NCBI GenBank assembly: GCA_037146775.1
Contig: JBAWWL010000001.1
Span: 133,464-197,463, forward strand
Origin: Candidatus Omnitrophota bacterium
Lineage (GTDB): Bacteria > Omnitrophota > Gorgyraeia > Duberdicusellales > 4484-171
DNA length: 64,000 nucleotides
Direction: 5' to 3'
A program made the position numbers and the translations under genes. The first letter of the stretch is position 1. Each line of letters starts with the position of its first letter. Positions 59,520 through 64,000 of the stretch are shown in pieces. The notes under the pieces were generated by a model. The model did no database searches, had not been told where the DNA came from, and worked only from the letters and a program-made list of their open reading frames with translations.

Positions 59520-59580
59520 GTTAGTTCACGGTTTTTATAATCGTTTGGTGTTGAATCGCGGATAAAGACAGGAGGAGAAG

Positions 59581-60456
59581 ATGAAGGTATATGTGAACGG
59601 TGCGTTGGTGGATAAAGCGCAGGCAAAAATATCAGTTTTTGATCACGGATTTTTATATGGAGACGGTGTGTTTGAGGGGATCCGTTCTTATAGCTGTTTG
59701 GTGTTTAAGCTTAAAGAGCATATCGACCGGCTTTTTGAATCGGCACACTCAATTATGCTGGATATTAAGCTTGGCAAAGAAAAAACCATTGAGGCAGTTG
59801 TCAGAACATTAGAGGCAAATCAGCTCAAAGATGCCTATATCCGCTTGATTGTTTCCCGTGGGGAGGGAGATCTCGGGCTTGATCCGAGAAAATGCAAAGG
59901 TAATGAAACCATAGTGATTATCACGGATAAAATTTCTCTTTACCCCGAGCGGCTCTATGAGGAGGGCATGGCGATTGTTACCGTTCCGACAGTGAGAAAT
60001 CTTCCCGAGGCATTAAACCCGCAGATCAAATCACTCAACTACTTAAATAATATTTTGGCAAAAATTGAAGCGGTGAATTCCGGATACGAAGAAGCTCTTA
60101 TGCTGGATCATATGGGTTATGTTGCAGAGTGTACCGGCGATAATATTTTTGTGACTGAAGGCGGGGAGCTTTATACGCCACCGCAATGCATGGGGACTTT
60201 ACGCGGTATTACCCGGGATGCGGTATTAACTATTGCCAGGAAGCTGAAAATCACGACTCATGAACACGTTTTGACCAGGCACGAGCTCTATAACAGCGAT
60301 GAATGCTTTTTGACTGGAACGGCAGCTGAGATCATTCCGGTGGTAAAAGTTGACGGAAGGACTATTGGTACGGCAAAGCCCGGTAAAATCACCAAACTTT
60401 TGATGCAAGAATTTAAAAAGATTACGAAGACCGACGGAGTAAAATATCAGCTATAG
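59581..60456 (+). CDS. class IV aminotransferase (branched-chain amino acid / D-amino acid aminotransferase)
   Basis: Fold-type IV PLP motifs (…GDGVFEG…, …E..T.N.F…), ~291 aa. Confidence 0.65.
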   Translation: MKVYVNGALVDKAQAKISVFDHGFLYGDGVFEGIRSYSCLVFKLKEHIDRLFESAHSIMLDIKLGKEKTIEAVVRTLEANQLKDAYIRLIVSRGEGDLGLDPRKCKGNETIVIITDKISLYPERLYEEGMAIVTVPTVRNLPEALNPQIKSLNYLNNILAKIEAVNSGYEEALMLDHMGYVAECTGDNIFVTEGGELYTPPQCMGTLRGITRDAVLTIARKLKITTHEHVLTRHELYNSDECFLTGTAAEIIPVVKVDGRTIGTAKPGKITKLLMQEFKKITKTDGVKYQL

Positions 60457-60564
60457 GTTGACATGCAAGACCTTAATAGCCCGTAAGAATTTTTGTTTTA
60501 CCTATTAACCTAACAACATAATAACCTAATAACATAGCAACCTAACCACCCAATAATTTATTTT

Positions 60565-61059
60565 ATGCTGTGCGATATTTGTCACAAACATGATGCCACT
60601 ATACACTTGACCGAGATTGTCAACGAAAAGGTCACAGAGATGCATATTTGTTCTTCCTGTGCGAAGAAAAAAGCTCATGAGTTGAAAGAACAATTAAGTA
60701 TCGCTGATTTAGTGGGCGGTTTGGCAAGCATGACAGGAGGACACAAGGAAGAAACTGCTCTTAAGTGCCCTGGCTGTGGTCTTACCTATACGGACTTTCG
60801 TAAAAAGGGAAGATTGGGCTGCGCACAATGTTATACGACATTTCGCCAGCAGTTGATGCCTCTCTTAAAACGTATTCACAGTTCTTCTCACCATACGGGT
60901 AAATTTCCTCTCCGGATGGTTTCATCCCTGGCTTCAGAAGCGAAATCAAAAGAGTTACGGGATCGGCTTCATCGGGCAATCCAGTTGGAGGATTACGAGG
61001 AGGCGGCACGCCTTAGAGATGAAATGCGCAAATTAGGAGAGGGCGAGAAGCTTCGTTAA
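60565..61059 (+). CDS. mcsA: protein-arginine kinase activator McsA (UvrB/C-motif protein with zinc fingers)
   Basis: Two N-terminal CxxC pairs (CDICHK...CSSC; CPGCG...CAQC) and a C-terminal UVR motif. Immediately upstream of mcsB. Confidence 0.65.
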   Translation: MLCDICHKHDATIHLTEIVNEKVTEMHICSSCAKKKAHELKEQLSIADLVGGLASMTGGHKEETALKCPGCGLTYTDFRKKGRLGCAQCYTTFRQQLMPLLKRIHSSSHHTGKFPLRMVSSLASEAKSKELRDRLHRAIQLEDYEEAARLRDEMRKLGEGEKLR

Positions 61060-61096
61060 GACATAGACGTGTGCGTGTATACAAGAGGCATGGAAT

Positions 61097-62176
61097 TTGA
61101 GAGATATGTTTGAAAATTTTTTAACCAATAAAGAGAGCTGGCTGAACGGTAAAGGCCCTTTTTCTCAGATTATTTTTTCTTCGCGTGTGCGGTTGGCAAG
61201 AAACTTTTCTCAACATCCTTTTCCGTCGCGTGCCACGAATGTACAAAAGAAAATTATTTTAGGTAAAATGCAGGAAGCATATACGCATGTGAAGAGATTG
61301 CAAAAGGCAATGTTTGTGAATATGGAGGATGTAAACGAAGTCGATCGTAAATTTTTGTTGGAGCGTCACCTTGTAAGCCAGGAACACGTTACGTCTTTTA
61401 AGAACAAAGGCATCTTGGTATCCGAAGATGAGCGTATCGCTCTTATGATTAACGAAGAAGACCATTTGCGTATGCAAGTTATGACGTCCGGGTTTGATCT
61501 GAAACAATGCTGGGAGGTGCTTAACGAGATCGACAATGAACTAAGCGGTTTTATCCAGTTTGCATTTCTTCCTCCGGTAGGCTATCTTACTGCCTGTCCT
61601 ACTAATGTAGGTACAGCCCTGCGGGCGTCGTGTATGTTACATTTGCCGGCTTTAGTGCTGACGAAACAGATTAATAAAATACTTGAGCTTTTAGCGAAAA
61701 TATCGTTTACTACCCGCGGATTTTTTGGCGAAGGAACCCAGGCGCTAGGAGATTTTTTCCAGATTTCCAATCAGGTAAGCCTTGGTCTTTCTGAGACGGA
61801 GATCATCGATAATCTATCGGGAGTGGTCAATCAGGTGAAAGAACAGGAAATGGACGCACGCGATACGCTCGTAAAAAAACATAAAGCTCGCGTTGAAGAT
61901 AATGTATGGCGTTCTTTAGGAGCGCTACGCAGCTGTCGTCTGATGAATAGTAAAGAAGCCTTAAGTCATCTTTCTATGTTGTCTTTGGGGTTAGATTTAG
62001 GTATAATGGAAGGAACACATCTGCCTGACGGTAAGGAAGGCAGACAGGTGGTTAATAATTTATTCATTATGATTCAACCTGCGCATTTACAGAAGATAGA
62101 AGGAAGGTTACTAGAGGAGGGTGAAAGGGATTATATCCGGGCGCAAATTTTGCGGGAAAAATTAAGTGAGGCTTAG
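61097..62176 (+). CDS. mcsB: protein-arginine kinase McsB (ATP:guanido phosphotransferase family)
   Basis: Phosphagen-kinase C-terminal domain signatures (…CPTNVGT…), 359 aa, between mcsA and clpC. Confidence 0.7.
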   Translation: MRDMFENFLTNKESWLNGKGPFSQIIFSSRVRLARNFSQHPFPSRATNVQKKIILGKMQEAYTHVKRLQKAMFVNMEDVNEVDRKFLLERHLVSQEHVTSFKNKGILVSEDERIALMINEEDHLRMQVMTSGFDLKQCWEVLNEIDNELSGFIQFAFLPPVGYLTACPTNVGTALRASCMLHLPALVLTKQINKILELLAKISFTTRGFFGEGTQALGDFFQISNQVSLGLSETEIIDNLSGVVNQVKEQEMDARDTLVKKHKARVEDNVWRSLGALRSCRLMNSKEALSHLSMLSLGLDLGIMEGTHLPDGKEGRQVVNNLFIMIQPAHLQKIEGRLLEEGERDYIRAQILREKLSEA

Positions 62177-62319
62177 GTTTGTAAAGTGGGTTTTTAACTT
62201 ATCTTAACCTTTGCCGCATGCCTTTTTTCCTGAAAGTAGGCGCTAAAGTTTCTTACGGGAGTATATTTCAGTTTTATAACTTAAAAAATTACAGTCTTAT
62301 TAATTAAAGGAGGATAATA

Positions 62320-64000
62320 ATGTTTAATCGATTTACTGAGCGAGCAAGAAAAGTATTGGTGTTGGCTAAAGAGGAAGCCAGACGTTTCAATCATGATTAT
62401 ATCGGTACAGAACATATTTTGTTAGGGCTTATGCGCGAAGGCGAGGGGGTTGCATGCGCGGTGTTACAAAATCTGGGTATAGATCTTGAGCGGTTGCGTA
62501 TGGAAATTGAAAAGCTTATTTCTCCCGGGAGCTCCGCATCCGTTTTGGGCGACATTCCTTTTACGCCCCGCGCGAAAAAAGCGTTAGAGCTGGCTGCGGA
62601 AGAAGCGCATAACCTGGGCCACAACTATATTGGGACCGAGCATATTCTGTTAGGGCTTATTCGAGAGGGCGAAGGTCTTGCCTCTCAGGTTCTTTTTTCG
62701 TTAGGTACTGATTTACGCAAGATTCGCGAAGAGATATCGGCATTATTGGGCGGCGGCCAAACTTTTCAGGGAGCTCAAGCCGCGGCAAGCTCTAAAACTC
62801 CTGCCCTTGATTCATTTGGCAGAGATTTGACAAAACTCGCGAAAGAGGGAAAGCTTGATCCGGTTATCGGGAGAAAAGGAGAAATAGAACGAGTTATCCA
62901 GGTGCTTTCTCGGCGTACCAAAAACAATCCTGTTCTTTTAGGAGAAGCCGGAGTGGGTAAAACCGCTATCGTAGAGGGGCTTGCGCAGAGTATTACCGTA
63001 GGCGAAGTCCCGGAATTACTGCGTAATAAAAGAATTGTGGTGCTTGATTTGGCGTTGATGATTGCCGGCACAAAATACCGTGGCCAATTCGAAGAGCGTA
63101 TCAAAGCTGTCATGGAGGAAATTAAGCGTTCAAAGGATGTTATTATTTTTATCGATGAACTGCATACTCTTGTTGGCGCAGGCGCGGCCGAAGGCGCTAT
63201 TGATGCGTCCAATATTTTAAAGCCGTCTCTTTCGCGGGGAGAGATCCAATGTATCGGGGCCACCACGCTTGATGAATACCGTAAGCATATCGAAAAAGAT
63301 GCTGCGCTTGAGCGTAGATTTCAGCCTATCATTGTTGAGCCTAATTCCGTGGAGGAGACCGTTGGAATCTTGAAAGGCTTGCGAGATAAGTACGAAGCGC
63401 ATCACCGCGTAAAATTTTCCAATGAAGCGGTAGAGGCGGCGTCAAAATTGTCTGATCGGTATGTTTCCGGAAGATTTCTGCCGGACAAGGCGGTCGATTT
63501 AATCGATGAGGCAGGCGCCAGGGCGCGGTTAGCAGTTTTAACGGCGCCTAAAGAGATAAAGGATATCGAAGATAAATTAAGCAGTATTGATCGAGAAAAG
63601 GAAGCGCTGATAAAACAGCAGGATTTTGAATCAGCAGCGCGCTTACGCGACGAAGAGAAAAAACTAAGATTGCAGCTGGATACATTGCGTAAAGACTGGA
63701 GTAAAAAACGAGACCAAATTATTCCCACAGTGAGCGCGGAAGATATCGCTCGTCTCGTTGCCCAGATTACCGGTATACCTATCTATCGTCTGGAAGAGCG
63801 CGAATCAGAAAAACTCTTAAAGATAGAAGAAAAACTCGCTCAGCGAGTTATCGGCCAAAAGGAATCGCTTGGGGCTATTGCCCGTTGTGTTCGTCGTGCC
63901 CGTGCAGGCATTAAAGAACCCCGGCGGCCCATAGGTTCATTTATGTTTTTAGGCCCGACAGGTGTCGGTAAAACGCTGCTTGCCAGAGCCTTGGCGGAAT
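62320..64000 (+). CDS. clpC: ATP-dependent Clp protease ATP-binding subunit ClpC (3'-partial, runs off the window)
   Basis: Duplicated Clp_N repeats ([15 protein letters not shown] x2), UVR linker, first AAA+ module with Walker [19 protein letters not shown]. No stop before the window end. Confidence 0.85.
   Translation, partial: MFNRFTERARKVLVLAKEEARRFNHDYIGTEHILLGLMREGEGVACAVLQNLGIDLERLRMEIEKLISPGSSASVLGDIPFTPRAKKALELAAEEAHNLGHNYIGTEHILLGLIREGEGLASQVLFSLGTDLRKIREEISALLGGGQTFQGAQAAASSKTPALDSFGRDLTKLAKEGKLDPVIGRKGEIERVIQVLSRRTKNNPVLLGEAGVGKTAIVEGLAQSITVGEVPELLRNKRIVVLDLALMIAGTKYRGQFEERIKAVMEEIKRSKDVIIFIDELHTLVGAGAAEGAIDASNILKPSLSRGEIQCIGATTLDEYRKHIEKDAALERRFQPIIVEPNSVEETVGILKGLRDKYEAHHRVKFSNEAVEAASKLSDRYVSGRFLPDKAVDLIDEAGARARLAVLTAPKEIKDIEDKLSSIDREKEALIKQQDFESAARLRDEEKKLRLQLDTLRKDWSKKRDQIIPTVSAEDIARLVAQITGIPIYRLEERESEKLLKIEEKLAQRVIGQKESLGAIARCVRRARAGIKEPRRPIGSFMFLGPTGVGKTLLARALAE

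Noticed and set aside
62397-63728. Three minus-strand ORFs (75, 163 and 108 aa) inside the clpC region
   Set aside because: They lie entirely antisense to a strongly supported ClpC coding sequence and have no RBS or motifs. They are artefacts of long stop-free antisense frames.
1-64000. CRISPR arrays, rRNA or tRNA genes
   Set aside because: No regularly spaced direct repeats of 25-40 bp with unique spacers, no T-loop/cloverleaf candidates, and no rRNA-like conserved stretches were seen. The tandem heptamer and 20-mer repeats present do not have CRISPR architecture.

Overview
This 64 kb window is a densely coding bacterial chromosomal segment with moderate GC, probably from an uncultivated lineage; I cannot assign a taxon from sequence alone. 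About 70 genes are called, nearly all on the + strand.

Recognisable content, in order:
- A partial radical-SAM gene and a PilZ gene.
- A complete oppABCDF peptide ABC importer.
- acpP, then two stand-alone CheY-like receiver genes flanking a small unknown ORF.
- An Uup-like ABC-F ATPase, a Ste24-like M48 protease and a flavodoxin-like FMN reductase (with a paralog further downstream).
- A radical-SAM plus helix-hairpin-helix (HhH) DNA-repair-type gene.
- A REP-associated tyrosine transposase (RAYT) flanked by REP-like palindromes.
- A stand-alone EF-G paralog, a metallophosphoesterase, a TMTC-like TPR membrane protein and metF.
- An M48 lipoprotein peptidase, LemA and dinB.
- A convergent glycine-rich RRM protein / rpsU pair, an NYN protein and a SemiSWEET.
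- TrmH-family and HD-domain genes.
- An OlsB-like/OlsA-like acyltransferase pair, consistent with aminolipid synthesis.
- galT.
- A TolC-HlyD-ABC(ATPase x2)-ABC2 permease(x2) efflux cluster.
- A methyltransferase and adenine deaminase.
- An island of secreted hypothetical proteins, a second PilZ gene, YqeY, a deaminase, DUF2207, lysS, lolCD, ilvE-like, and mcsA-mcsB-clpC (partial at the 3' end).
- No rRNA, tRNA or CRISPR array was recognised.

The most unusual sequence-level observations:
1. A family of intergenic inverted repeats built from tandem heptamers (GACAGAA on one arm, TCTGACC-like on the other). One ~260 bp copy forms the in-frame 3' tail of lysS.
2. The RAYT flanked by REP-like palindromes.
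3. A duplicated terminator-like hairpin with a promoter-like element upstream of the radical-SAM/HhH gene.
4. A winged-helix-like N-terminal extension fused in frame to the TolC-like gene.
5. A GC-rich 3' tail of the first ORF that may be structured RNA rather than coding.
6. Three 20-bp tandem repeats upstream of the EF-G paralog.
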